A stretch of 64,000 nucleotides of DNA, taken from Methanomassiliicoccales archaeon. GTDB taxonomy: Archaea; Thermoplasmatota; Thermoplasmata; Methanomassiliicoccales; JAAEEP01. Position 1 is the stretch's first letter; each line of letters starts with the position of its first letter. Shown here piece after piece: positions 53,659 through 62,983 of this stretch. The position numbers and the translations under genes are program-made. The stretch lies in contig JBKHFJ010000009.1 in the NCBI GenBank assembly GCA_046540255.1, forward strand, positions 2,149 through 66,148, read 5' to 3'. The notes below the pieces were generated by a model. It ran no database searches. It was not told the DNA's origin and worked only from the letters and a program-made list of their open reading frames with translations.

Positions 53659-54987
53659 GTGGAAGGGAGGCGGGTATTTTTAACCGCCTCGCCCATGTGG
53701 ATGTCCCTTACCGGATGGGAAGGTGGAACCGTGGTAGAGAAGTGGAAAGCCTTGGACTTGGGGGAATGGAACGAATCCCGCCGTCGGGGCCTGGAGGATG
53801 TCAGGGATCGGGTGGAGAGCATCGTGGAGGGCATCCGCCGGGGAGGGGACGAGGCCCTGCTGCGGTACACCCGGGAACTGGATGGTCAGGAGATCCAAGA
53901 TCCGCTGGTCGCCCGGGAGAGGATCGAGCGTGCATACGACGAGGTCTCCCCCCAGCTGATGCGCGCCCTGGAGGAGGCGAGTGAGCGGATAGAGAGATTC
54001 CACCGTCTCCAGATGAATGAGAAGGATTGGACGATGGAGGTGTGGCCCGGTGTCCACCTGGGTATGCGGTGGACCCCCCTTAGGAGGGTGGGCGCCTACA
54101 TCCCCGGGGGAAGGGCCTCCTATCCCAGCACGGCGCTGATGTGCGTCCTCCCCCCCAAGGTGGCCGGGGTGGAGCAGGTCCTTGCCTGCACCCCTCCCCC
54201 TGTCCAGCCGGCAACTCTGGTCGCATTGGATATGGCCGGGGCGGACCGGATCTACCAGATCGGCGGGGCCCAGGCGGTGGCGGCCATGGTCCTGGGCACC
54301 GAGTCGGTGGTGAGGGTGGATAAAGTTGTCGGCCCCGGAAACCTGTATGTGACCGCGGCGAAGGTCATCCTAAGCGGCCAGGTGGAGATCGATTTCCCGG
54401 CCGGCCCCAGCGAGATCGTGGTGGTGGCGGACCAGACGGCCGACCCCGCCCTGGTGGCCTCCGACATCATGGCCCAGTGCGAGCACGATCCATCCGCCGC
54501 CTGCGCCCTGGTCTCCATGGACCGGGATCTGCCAGACCTCGTGTGGGAGGAGATAGAGGGGGCTCTGCCGCACGCCGCCAGAAGGGAGATCATCGAGCGA
54601 TCCCTGTCCAACTGCGGCTACCTGATCGTTGAGGACCTGGACGGTGCCATGGGGGCGGCGAACCGGATGGCCCCTGAGCACCTCTCCATACAGACGAGAG
54701 ACCCGGAGTCCGTCCTCGAGATGGTGAGGGATGCCGGGGCGGTCTTCCTGGGCTCCCGATCCGCCGTGGCCTGTGGAGACTACGGTTCGGGGACCAATCA
54801 CGTCCTGCCGACGGCGGGGAACGCCAGGTTGCGTTCCGGCCTGGACGTGTTCCACTTCCTCAAACGGTGCACGGTGCAGAGGCTGGAGCCCGAGGGTCTG
54901 GAAGGGATGGGGGACATGGTGGAGACCCTGGCCGGCGCGGAGGGTCTGGGGGAGCACGCCCGGTCCGTTTCCCTCAGGCGGAGGTGA
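53659..54987 (+). CDS. hisD: Histidinol dehydrogenase
   Basis: RRGGDEALLRYTRELDG, YIPGGRASYPSTALM, IGGAQAVAAM, VGPGNLYVTAAK, QCEHDP, APEHLSI, GDYGSGTNHVLPT. Start uncertain: GTG 53659, ATG 53695 or ATG 53701. Confidence 0.9.
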   Translation: MEGRRVFLTASPMWMSLTGWEGGTVVEKWKALDLGEWNESRRRGLEDVRDRVESIVEGIRRGGDEALLRYTRELDGQEIQDPLVARERIERAYDEVSPQLMRALEEASERIERFHRLQMNEKDWTMEVWPGVHLGMRWTPLRRVGAYIPGGRASYPSTALMCVLPPKVAGVEQVLACTPPPVQPATLVALDMAGADRIYQIGGAQAVAAMVLGTESVVRVDKVVGPGNLYVTAAKVILSGQVEIDFPAGPSEIVVVADQTADPALVASDIMAQCEHDPSAACALVSMDRDLPDLVWEEIEGALPHAARREIIERSLSNCGYLIVEDLDGAMGAANRMAPEHLSIQTRDPESVLEMVRDAGAVFLGSRSAVACGDYGSGTNHVLPTAGNARLRSGLDVFHFLKRCTVQRLEPEGLEGMGDMVETLAGAEGLGEHARSVSLRRR

Positions 54988-55957
54988 GGGGCGTTGGGGT
55001 CCATCCGGCATCGATGGTGATGTCCCCAGTGGAGGTGCCGATATCCACCTCCACATCGCCGGGGGTGGGATAATTCTCGGATCTCATGTCCTGCAGCTCG
55101 CCCAGGAAGCCGATCCACCTGTCCGCCTTGATCTCCCCGGTGGTGGTGGAGGACTCTATCCTGGCCCCGTTCCCGTGAATGTCCATGAGGAGGTCCACCT
55201 CTCCGGTGGTGGCCGATAGGGACACCTGCATGTCGTGCCCCATCCGCACGGTCTGGATCAGTGTCCAATGGATCCCGCCCGTGGTGGAGTCCAAGTCCAC
55301 CGTCACCGGCCCACGGAGTTCCAGCTCGCTCATCGTTAGACTCACTTCACCAGTGGTGGCCCGAAGGGAGACGTCCCCCGCGAGGACCGCCTCTGGACCG
55401 AGTTCGATGGAGATGTCCCCGGTGGTCGACATGATCGACATCGCATCCATTACCACTCCGGACGGGACCTCCACCCCGACATCGCCCGTGCTGGTGGTGA
55501 TATCCAGACCGGTGGCCAGCTCGTCGTCGACCACCACCACGCAGTCGAAGTCCGCCCAGCTGAAACTCCATCCTCCCGTGCTACCGTGAACGGTGGAGGT
55601 GACATGGGCCACCCCATCTTCCAACCGGTAATCGAACTCGAGGTCGAGGGCCTCACCCGGATCGGTGAGGACATTCACCCCCCCGCGGGCGGTGACCTCC
55701 ATGCGCAGCAAGTGATCGTCCAGCTCATCGAATGACACCGCCACCGATACGACGTCGCCCTCCAGGTCCAGGGAGAGGCGGTCCACCTCCCCCACAGCCT
55801 CCACATTCCGGCGCTCCCGGATGTTCACGTCCTGCATGGGCAATAGGAAGATCACCAGCACCACACTGGCGATTATCACTATGCACACCGCGATGACCAC
55901 TATCAGCAGGAAGGTATCCCTCTCCGGTCCGGTCAAGCTCATGGCTCTCGTGGACAA
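54974..55957 (-). CDS. Membrane-anchored DUF4097-like (putative adhesin, beta-helix repeat) protein
   Basis: N-terminal TM helix FLLIVVIAVCIVIIASVVLVIFLL. Recurring (S/T)TG(D/E)(V/I) repeats: TSTGDVGVEV, TTGDISIEL, TTGEVSLTM, TTGGIHWTL, TTGEVDLLM, TTGEIKADR, STGDITIDA. Confidence 0.7.
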   Translation of the reverse strand: MSTRAMSLTGPERDTFLLIVVIAVCIVIIASVVLVIFLLPMQDVNIRERRNVEAVGEVDRLSLDLEGDVVSVAVSFDELDDHLLRMEVTARGGVNVLTDPGEALDLEFDYRLEDGVAHVTSTVHGSTGGWSFSWADFDCVVVVDDELATGLDITTSTGDVGVEVPSGVVMDAMSIMSTTGDISIELGPEAVLAGDVSLRATTGEVSLTMSELELRGPVTVDLDSTTGGIHWTLIQTVRMGHDMQVSLSATTGEVDLLMDIHGNGARIESSTTTGEIKADRWIGFLGELQDMRSENYPTPGDVEVDIGTSTGDITIDAGWTPTPLTSA

Positions 55958-55985
55958 GATTGACTTCCAGGTAAATAGATTCCTC

Positions 55986-56480
55986 TCACAGCTCCTTGCT
56001 CATGCCCATCCTCTCGACCTCGTAGCCCATGGACCTGTAGAGGCTCACCGCCCTCTCGTTATCGGCGCTCACCGCCAATCCCATGGCCCTCAATTCCTTG
56101 GAGGAGGTCCACTCCTCCCCGAAGCGCATCAGGGCCTTTGCCAGACCTCTCTCCCTCCACCCGGGGGAGACGTAGATGTGGGCTATGAAACCCCTCCGCT
56201 CCCCGGCGATCTCGTGCTCGGTGATCATCATCCACAGGCAGCCGATGCTGTTTCCCTCCCCGTCCTTCAGAAGAAAGAGTTCGTCCTCCGAACTATCCCG
56301 CCGTTGAACGTGGGCGTTCTGACGTGCCATCTCCCTTATCCGTTCCTCGCTCACGCTTTCGTACATGGGAGGGACGGAGACGAGCTGTGCCTCAACCAGG
56401 GTCTCCTCTATCCACTCCCAGTCCTCCTCCATGGGAGGTGTGAGTGGGAATCGTTCCCCTTCGGATTCCACGAACATCAT
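55986..56480 (-). CDS. GNAT-family N-acetyltransferase
   Basis: IAHIYVSPGWRERGLAKALMRFGEEW...AVSADNERAVSLYRSMGYE. Confidence 0.85.
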   Translation of the reverse strand: MMFVESEGERFPLTPPMEEDWEWIEETLVEAQLVSVPPMYESVSEERIREMARQNAHVQRRDSSEDELFLLKDGEGNSIGCLWMMITEHEIAGERRGFIAHIYVSPGWRERGLAKALMRFGEEWTSSKELRAMGLAVSADNERAVSLYRSMGYEVERMGMSKEL

Positions 56481-56537
56481 CTCCCAATCCCCCCTCGGTT
56501 ATAAGACTCGCTCGACTTTTGCCCGGGGCACAGTCAG

Positions 56538-56545
56538 TTATATAA
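56538..56545 (+). promoter_or_regulatory. TATA box (TTATATAA) about 28 nt upstream of rfcL ATG 56569 (leaderless arrangement)
   Basis: Read directly; the spacing fits a transcription start at or next to the ATG. Confidence 0.45.
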
Positions 56546-56568
56546 TGGAGCTCTTCCTAGTGGGATCG

Positions 56569-57996
56569 ATGCCCTCGGACTGGACCGAGCTCTACCGGCC
56601 GAGCACCCTGGATGAGGTGTACGGCAACCCCAAGGCTGTCAGCGAGCTGAGGGAATGGGCGGAGAGGTGGGAGTCAGGGAACCCCGATAAGAAGGCCGCC
56701 GTCCTGATGGGCCCGCCCGGCATCGGTAAGACCAGCGCCGCCCTGGCCCTGGCGAACGAGTTCGATTGGGGTGTGGTGGAGATGAACGCCTCCGATCAGA
56801 GGAACGCCGAGGCGATACGGTCCATCGCGCTGCGCGGGGCCCTCTTCGATACCTTCACCGAGGAGGGGGAGTTCCTGTCCAGCAAGAAGGGTTTCAGAAA
56901 GCTGATCATCCTGGACGAGGCCGATAACATCTTCGGAAGGGAGGATCGGGGAGGGATCCCGGCCATCTCGGAGCTGGTGAGGTCCACCCGCCAACCGGTC
57001 CTGCTGATAGTGAACGACTTTTACGAACTGAAGCGGAGGAGCTCGGCGATCAAGTCGAACAGCAAGCAGATAAGGTTCAACAGGATCAAGCCGACCACGG
57101 TGAAGAAGGTGCTGTCCGAGGTGTGCATGTCCGAGAACCTGAAGGCCTCAGACAGGACTCTCCAGCTGATCGCGGATAATTCCGAGGGGGACATGAGGGC
57201 GGCGCTGAGGGACCTGCAGTCCCTGGCCGCCGGGCGGAAGGAGATCGCGGAGATGGACGCAGGTGTGCTGGACAACAGGATGGTGTCCAAGGGCACACAG
57301 GACCTGATGAGGGAGATATTCAAGGGATCGGATCCAGGGAAGGCCAGGAGGACCGCCTGGGACGTGGACGAGGCCCCGGATCACCTGATGCTGTGGGTGG
57401 ACGAGAACCTCCCCGCGGAGTACCGGGATCCCAGGGAGCTTAGGGACGGTTACGAGATGCTCTCCAGGGCCGACCTGTTCATGGGCCGCACCCGCAGAAG
57501 GCAGTACTATGGGCTGTGGTCCTACGCCTCCGATCTGATGACCTTCGGCGTGGCCTCCGTCAAGAGGGGGAAGCACCAGGGCTTCACCAGGTTCAGATTC
57601 CCCTCATACCTGATCAAGATGTCCCGGAGCAAGGGAAGGAGGGGCACCATGAACTCCCTGTCCAGGAAGCTCGGGGCCTACTTCCACACCTCTGGTTCCC
57701 GTGCCCGGGAGGACATATTGCCCCATCTCTGCCGGCTCTTCCAGGGGGACCGGGATCTCAGGGTGTGGTTGACCCTCAAGCTGGGACTGGAGCAGGGCGA
57801 GGCCGCCTTCATGCTGGGTGAGAAGGTGGACAGCAACCCGGTCAAGCATCTGATGGCGGAGGTGGATAGGCTGAGGGAGGCCGGGAGCGACGAGGCGTCC
57901 CTGGAGGGCCTTGGCGCGACCTCCGAGGAAGCCCGCGGGGGCAAGGTCGATGGGGAGAAGGAGGCGAGATCCCAGAGGAGCCTCTTCGAATACTGA
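56569..57996 (+). CDS. rfcL: Replication factor C large subunit
   Basis: MPSDWTELYRPSTLDEVYGN..., LMGPPGIGKTSAA (Walker A), LIILDEADNI (Walker B), SEGDMRAALRDLQ. The track ORF (56365..) is over-extended. Confidence 0.9.
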   Translation: MPSDWTELYRPSTLDEVYGNPKAVSELREWAERWESGNPDKKAAVLMGPPGIGKTSAALALANEFDWGVVEMNASDQRNAEAIRSIALRGALFDTFTEEGEFLSSKKGFRKLIILDEADNIFGREDRGGIPAISELVRSTRQPVLLIVNDFYELKRRSSAIKSNSKQIRFNRIKPTTVKKVLSEVCMSENLKASDRTLQLIADNSEGDMRAALRDLQSLAAGRKEIAEMDAGVLDNRMVSKGTQDLMREIFKGSDPGKARRTAWDVDEAPDHLMLWVDENLPAEYRDPRELRDGYEMLSRADLFMGRTRRRQYYGLWSYASDLMTFGVASVKRGKHQGFTRFRFPSYLIKMSRSKGRRGTMNSLSRKLGAYFHTSGSRAREDILPHLCRLFQGDRDLRVWLTLKLGLEQGEAAFMLGEKVDSNPVKHLMAEVDRLREAGSDEASLEGLGATSEEARGGKVDGEKEARSQRSLFEY

Positions 57997-58005
57997 AGTG
58001 TAACG

Positions 58006-58941
58006 ATGAACGGGGAACTGAGGAATCTCTTGGAGAAGCAGCAGTACCGGATCGCGGGGGACCACGCGGCAGTGAAGCTTTGCCACTGGATGCGGCAGAG
58101 CCTTCTGAGGGGAAGGAGCTGCTACAAGGAGGACTTCTACGGGATCTCCTCCCATCGCTGCCTCCAGATGACCCCGGTGGTGGACAAGTGCAACCAGAGG
58201 TGCCTCTTCTGCTGGAGGGTGCAGGGCTTCGAATCCGACACGGAGGAGTGGATGGAACCCTCCGAGATGCTCGATGAGCTCATCGAGCACCAGAGGAAAC
58301 TGGTCTCCGGATTCAAGGGGGATGCCCGCTGCTCCCCCGAGATGTTCGAAGAGGCCAGGAACCCGGACCAGGTGGCGATATCCCTGGCCGGGGAGCCCAC
58401 CTTGTATCCTTACCTGGGGGAGCTCATAGGGGAGTGCCACTCCAGGGGTATGACCACCTTCCTGGTCACCAACGGTACCACACCGGAGGTACTGGAGTCA
58501 CTGGATCCCCTGCCCACCCAGCTGTACGTGACCGTGGCCGCACCCAACCGGGAGATCTACCAGAGGCTCTGCGTCCCCCTCTTGCCGGACGGCTGGGAGC
58601 GTCTGAACCGGACGCTGGAGCTACTGCCCAGCATGGACACCAGGACGGTGGTGAGGCACACTTTGGTGAAGGGATGGAACATGGGCTGGGAGAAGGAGTA
58701 CGCCCTCCTGGATGGGAAGGCTGATCCAGACTTCGTGGAACCGAAGGCCTACGTGTTCGTGGGAGGATCGAGGACCAGGATGACCCTGTCCAACATGCCC
58801 TCCCACCAGAACATCATGGAATTCGGTCGGGCGCTGGCATCCGAACTGGATATGAACATACTGAGGGAGAAGCCGGACAGCAGGGTGGTCCTGCTGGGAA
58901 GGCCGGATGCCCGGGTGCCCCTGACCGAAGGGTCTACCTGA
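58006..58941 (+). CDS. taw1: tRNA 4-demethylwyosine synthase Taw1 (TYW1-type radical SAM)
   Basis: VKLCHWMRQSL...CYKEDFYGI.SHRCLQMTP...CNQRCLFCWR...AISLAGEPTLYPYL. Confidence 0.88.
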   Translation: MNGELRNLLEKQQYRIAGDHAAVKLCHWMRQSLLRGRSCYKEDFYGISSHRCLQMTPVVDKCNQRCLFCWRVQGFESDTEEWMEPSEMLDELIEHQRKLVSGFKGDARCSPEMFEEARNPDQVAISLAGEPTLYPYLGELIGECHSRGMTTFLVTNGTTPEVLESLDPLPTQLYVTVAAPNREIYQRLCVPLLPDGWERLNRTLELLPSMDTRTVVRHTLVKGWNMGWEKEYALLDGKADPDFVEPKAYVFVGGSRTRMTLSNMPSHQNIMEFGRALASELDMNILREKPDSRVVLLGRPDARVPLTEGST

Positions 58942-60850
58942 GCCTTATGGTCTCCAGGTTCTGGGGGGCCCTGGTCTCCACGTTGAACTTCTTGTATAGG
59001 GTGGAGGCCAGATCGAGGCATTTGCTCTCCTCGCCATGACCGATGATCACCCTCTCCGGCCGGGGCTCGAGGGAGGAGAAGTAGTTGATCAGCTGTCTCC
59101 TGTCGGAGTGGCCGGAGAAGCCGTCCACGGTCTCGTGGTTCATCTTGACCTTGATCGGTATGGACTGTCCCCTGTCCGAGACGGTGAAATCGGAGTGTCC
59201 CCTCTGGATGCTCCTACCGAGGGTACCCTCGGCCTGGTAGCCGACGAACACCAGTGAGTTGTTCGGGTCCTCGGCCCAGTACTTCATGTACTCCATGACC
59301 GGGCCACCGCTCATCATACCGCTGGTGGCCAGCACGATTGCCGGATCGGGGTCGTTGCATATATTCTCCCTCATCTCCGAGCTGTCCACCCGCTTGAAGA
59401 TCTCGGACAGGAACGGGTTCTCCCCGGTCTGGAATATCTGGGTACGTAGCTGACTGTTCAGGTACTCGGGGTAGGCGGTGTGTATAGCCGTGGCCTCCCA
59501 TATCATCCCGTCCAGGTAGACGGGGCAGGTGGGGACCTTGCCGGTCCTCATCATCTCCTCGATCACCAGCATCACCTCCTGGGAACGTCCCACCGCGAAG
59601 ACCGGGACCAGTATCTTCCCGTTCTTCTTCAGGGTGCGGCTGATGATGTTCTTCAGCTGATTGGACGCCTCGCCCCTGGGGGGCTGGATGTCCCGATGGG
59701 ATCCGTAAGTGGACTCGGTGACCAGTGTCTCCAGCCGAGGGTACTTGTTCACCGCGGCGTTGAACAACCAGCTCCTTTCGAATTTCATGTCCCCGGTGAA
59801 GGCGATGTTGTAGAGGCCGTCGCCGATGTGGAAGTGGCAGATGGCCGAACCCAGGATGTGCCCCGCGTTCTGAAGGGTCAGCCGTATGTCGGGGGCCACG
59901 TCCGTGGTCTCGCCGTACTTGAGGGGAATGCAGTGCTTTACCACCTCCCGGATGTGGGAGGATTCGTACGGGCTCTTCTTACCCTCGCCGAAGGAGACCT
60001 TGACATAGTCCAGCTGGAGCAGCGACATGAGGTCCCTGGTGGGATGTGTGCAGTACACCGGCCCGTCGTAACCGTACTTGTACAGCGCGGGCAGCAGGCC
60101 GCAGTGGTCAAGGTGGGCGTGGGTGATGACAACGGCGTCCAGGGAGTCCAGGGGCTGGATCTCTGGAACGTTGAAGTACGGCGCCCCGTTGTCGGGGCTG
60201 GAGACGTCCACCCCGCAGTCTATCAGTATCTTGCTCTCCCTGGTCTGGAGGAGGCTGGAACTTCGACCCACCTGACGGAATCCCCCCAGGGCGGTTAGCC
60301 TGATCCATCCCTCTCCCTCTATACGATGCCTCATCAGCCTACGGCCCACCTTCCGGAGGAATGCCTTCCTATCGTCGTAGACAGTCCGGAGATACTTCCG
60401 GATCTCGGAGACGGTCTTGGAAGGGATCGGTGGGGCCCTCACTACCTTCGGGGCCCAGCCCACCTCCTTCTTTATCTCGTTGAGCACCGAGCCATGCTTG
60501 CCGATGACCACCCCGGGGGCGATGGCCTCTATGGTCACCTCCCCAGTCTCATGCTCGAAGTAGATGTCGGTGATCTGCGCCTCCTCGGGGATGATGCTGC
60601 GGATCTTCTCCTCCACGGTCTCCGGGTCCGCGAGCAGGGAGGGGTCCGGCCTTATGGCCACCCTCCGTCTCAGCCCCTGGGCTAGCTTCCTCACGATGTC
60701 GTTGTTGGAAGCGAACTTGTTCATATCTTTGGTGTATATTACCACCACTGGCCCTTCGAACTCGATGGAGGTGATGTCCACATCTGAGGGGACGATCTTC
60801 TTGACCTGTTCTCGAGCTTCATCTAGAATCTTCTCTGCACTCATGAACAC
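58934..60850 (-). CDS. Archaeal CPSF1-type beta-CASP ribonuclease with N-terminal KH domains (aCPSF1/FttA)
   Basis: ITSIEFEGPVVVIYTKD..., AIRPDPS, VVITHAHLDHCG, beta-CASP region, HSDRRQL. Confidence 0.9.
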   Translation of the reverse strand: MFMSAEKILDEAREQVKKIVPSDVDITSIEFEGPVVVIYTKDMNKFASNNDIVRKLAQGLRRRVAIRPDPSLLADPETVEEKIRSIIPEEAQITDIYFEHETGEVTIEAIAPGVVIGKHGSVLNEIKKEVGWAPKVVRAPPIPSKTVSEIRKYLRTVYDDRKAFLRKVGRRLMRHRIEGEGWIRLTALGGFRQVGRSSSLLQTRESKILIDCGVDVSSPDNGAPYFNVPEIQPLDSLDAVVITHAHLDHCGLLPALYKYGYDGPVYCTHPTRDLMSLLQLDYVKVSFGEGKKSPYESSHIREVVKHCIPLKYGETTDVAPDIRLTLQNAGHILGSAICHFHIGDGLYNIAFTGDMKFERSWLFNAAVNKYPRLETLVTESTYGSHRDIQPPRGEASNQLKNIISRTLKKNGKILVPVFAVGRSQEVMLVIEEMMRTGKVPTCPVYLDGMIWEATAIHTAYPEYLNSQLRTQIFQTGENPFLSEIFKRVDSSEMRENICNDPDPAIVLATSGMMSGGPVMEYMKYWAEDPNNSLVFVGYQAEGTLGRSIQRGHSDFTVSDRGQSIPIKVKMNHETVDGFSGHSDRRQLINYFSSLEPRPERVIIGHGEESKCLDLASTLYKKFNVETRAPQNLETIRLR

Positions 60851-60892
60851 TTCCCGCTTGAGTGTTTGACCTGGCCGTCGGAAAGACGGCCT

Positions 60893-61549
60893 TCAGTCCG
60901 TCTTCGGAAAATCGAGGCCCATGTCCTCGATCCTCTCTTTCAGCTCTTCCTCGGAGAGCTCCCGGTGGCCATCCTTGTTGATCACGGCGACGGTTATCCC
61001 GTTCCCACTGGCGGAATCGCGCTTCATCGCGGCCGTCAGGGCGCGGATGGCCAGGTTCACACCCTGATCCTCATTGATATCCTCCTTGTAGTGGTCCTCC
61101 AGGACCCCGTAGGCGAACAGCGAACCGGATCCCACCGAGATGTAGTCATCCCGAATGGATCCTCCGGCCGCATCGACACCATATACATGACCTCCGCTGG
61201 GGTCAACTCCGCCCATTATCAGACCTACCATGTAGAAGCCTGCAGCTCCCCCTCCTCCCCTCAGTATGTTGGAGAGCAAGGTGGAGGCGGCCTTGACCGT
61301 CATAGGGCTCCCCCTCTTCAACTTGTAGAGTTCGACCTCGGCCTTTATAACCCTAGCAAGTATCTGGGCATCGCCTACCAGTCCGGCCGTGGTGAGTGCT
61401 ATGTTGTCGTCTATCTTGAATACCTTTCTCACCTTCTTATGGGCGATCACGTTGCCCATGGTGGCGCGGTGTTCACTCGCCATAATGACTGAATTGTCGG
61501 CAACGATACCGACGGTGGTAGTTCCTTTCTTAACATCATCAGTTACCAT
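60893..61549 (-). CDS. psmB: Proteasome subunit beta
   Basis: Propeptide, then GTTTVGIVADNSVIMASEHRAT.GNVIAHK...KVFKID...TTAGLVGDAQ. Confidence 0.92.
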   Translation of the reverse strand: MVTDDVKKGTTTVGIVADNSVIMASEHRATMGNVIAHKKVRKVFKIDDNIALTTAGLVGDAQILARVIKAEVELYKLKRGSPMTVKAASTLLSNILRGGGGAAGFYMVGLIMGGVDPSGGHVYGVDAAGGSIRDDYISVGSGSLFAYGVLEDHYKEDINEDQGVNLAIRALTAAMKRDSASGNGITVAVINKDGHRELSEEELKERIEDMGLDFPKTD

Positions 61550-61622
61550 TCTGCCACACCATCCAAAATCGGCTAAAATATCAAATATTGCACCGTTGGC
61601 AATTCAGTGAATGAGTGTATCC

Positions 61623-61630
61623 CTATATAA
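61623..61630 (+). promoter_or_regulatory. Orphan TATA-like box (CTATATAA) facing a roughly 260-nt stretch with no supported CDS
   Basis: psmB has its own AT-rich element nearer its start (about 61565-61581). Nothing coding is supported between 61650 and 61893. Confidence 0.3.
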
Positions 61631-61893
61631 TCCTTTTGGATGAGCTAAATCTTTCCGCCCCACCCCCGACACGTCCTTTCTCTTACTCGGGCATACAGGT
61701 CTAACGGAGAGGGTATCTTGATCCTCCATCGATACCCGACCAGCTAGATTTAAGAACCAGGATCCGGATAAAATCAATCGAGGCGGGTAGCGCGTAAGTC
61801 CAATTCCTAGAAATGCACGGAGAGGTGTGCTCAAAAATCGATCGCAAGGATGGCAGCGCGTCAGGACCGATACTGTGCCTGCCCGTCTCACCC

Positions 61894-62478
61894 TTACTTT
61901 TCAGGTTTCACCCTCCCTTTCAGGATCCTCCTCCGCCCAGGCCCGAGCCCGGCGGCGAATTGACCAAATGCGAGGGAGATGACGGTCCCGGCCATCAGCC
62001 CGGTGGACGTCCTGAGAGGGTTGGTCGACTGATAATCGAGGAACAGCTGGAGACCCCCGTCGATGACCATGGGGGCCATGCCCAATAGGAAGGCGAGGAC
62101 CCCTATCCTGACCTGGAAGACCAGTCCGAGGGAGATGCCGGCCACCAGACCGACGAATATGCCCAGATCCCTGGCGCAGAACGGCATCTGGTTCCCGTTG
62201 AGAAAGTAGGACCTGTCCGATATCTGGTGGCAGTAGGTGTCCCCCGCAGTGTAGACCGCTCGAGCCAGGGGATTCATCCGCTGGAGTGTCTCCTGGTTGT
62301 CTATGCTGCCTACACTCCCGGAGAGGTCCTGGACGGAACCGCTTGGCAGGGTAAAGGGGGAGAGAAGAACGACCGCCAGCCAGGTGGAGAATATGATCAG
62401 CAGTGTCCATTGGACCTTCTTGACCCACGTGAGGGAGTACCATCTTTCCTTGATACGGGCCGATCTCATGGTGAACAT
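61894..62478 (-). CDS. DUF2085-family membrane protein
   Basis: AVYTAGDTYCHQISDRSYFLNGNQMPFCARDLGIFVG. Start trimmed to ATG 62478, about 40 nt downstream of the TTAATATATAT box. Confidence 0.75.
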   Translation of the reverse strand: MFTMRSARIKERWYSLTWVKKVQWTLLIIFSTWLAVVLLSPFTLPSGSVQDLSGSVGSIDNQETLQRMNPLARAVYTAGDTYCHQISDRSYFLNGNQMPFCARDLGIFVGLVAGISLGLVFQVRIGVLAFLLGMAPMVIDGGLQLFLDYQSTNPLRTSTGLMAGTVISLAFGQFAAGLGPGRRRILKGRVKPEK

Positions 62479-62522
62479 CGCCTGGGTCTCCACCCGACGG
62501 TGATTACGCGTGATTAATATAT

Positions 62523-62981
62523 ATGATGCGCTCGATTGTGTGGGAGATGACACTGCCGGAGGAGCTTGAGAGGCTGAAGGCGTTCCACGGTCACCTGGGA
62601 CCTTGGGCCGTGGTCGGTTATCGCATGGGGCAGATAGCCCGACGCAGTTTCCCCAACAAGATATGGGGGGTGGTCTATTCTGGGTCGAAGCCCCCCATTT
62701 CCTGCATGATCGACGGGGTCCAGTTCACCTCCTGTTGCACCCTTGGCAAGGACAACATCCGGGTCAAGGAGGAGGACGAGGCCAAGGGGAGATTCTATGA
62801 CCAGAACACCCTCATGGAGATCAGGTTGGAGGACGGTGTCAGGGAGAGGATAGAGGAGCACATGAGCAAGGACACCGAGGAGGAGCTTTCCATGGAGATC
62901 TGGAATGCGAAGGATGAGGAGATCTTCAGGATCATCGAGGGCGAATCCCTGAAGGAAGACAGGATCGTCAAGCTCAAGTGA
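62523..62981 (+). CDS. FmdE/FwdE-domain protein
   Basis: LERLKAFHGHLGPWAVVGYRMG...ISCMIDGVQFTSCCTLGKDN. ATG 62547 (MTLPEEL...) is an alternative, possibly leaderless, start. Confidence 0.8.
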   Translation: MMRSIVWEMTLPEELERLKAFHGHLGPWAVVGYRMGQIARRSFPNKIWGVVYSGSKPPISCMIDGVQFTSCCTLGKDNIRVKEEDEAKGRFYDQNTLMEIRLEDGVRERIEEHMSKDTEEELSMEIWNAKDEEIFRIIEGESLKEDRIVKLK

Positions 62982-62983
62982 GC

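Noticed and set aside
61604-61891. The 95-aa minus-strand ORF filling the psmB/DUF2085 gap.
   Set aside because: It has Arg-rich unstructured composition, no recognisable family and lower GC than the surrounding coding sequence. I treat the region as non-coding (see finding).
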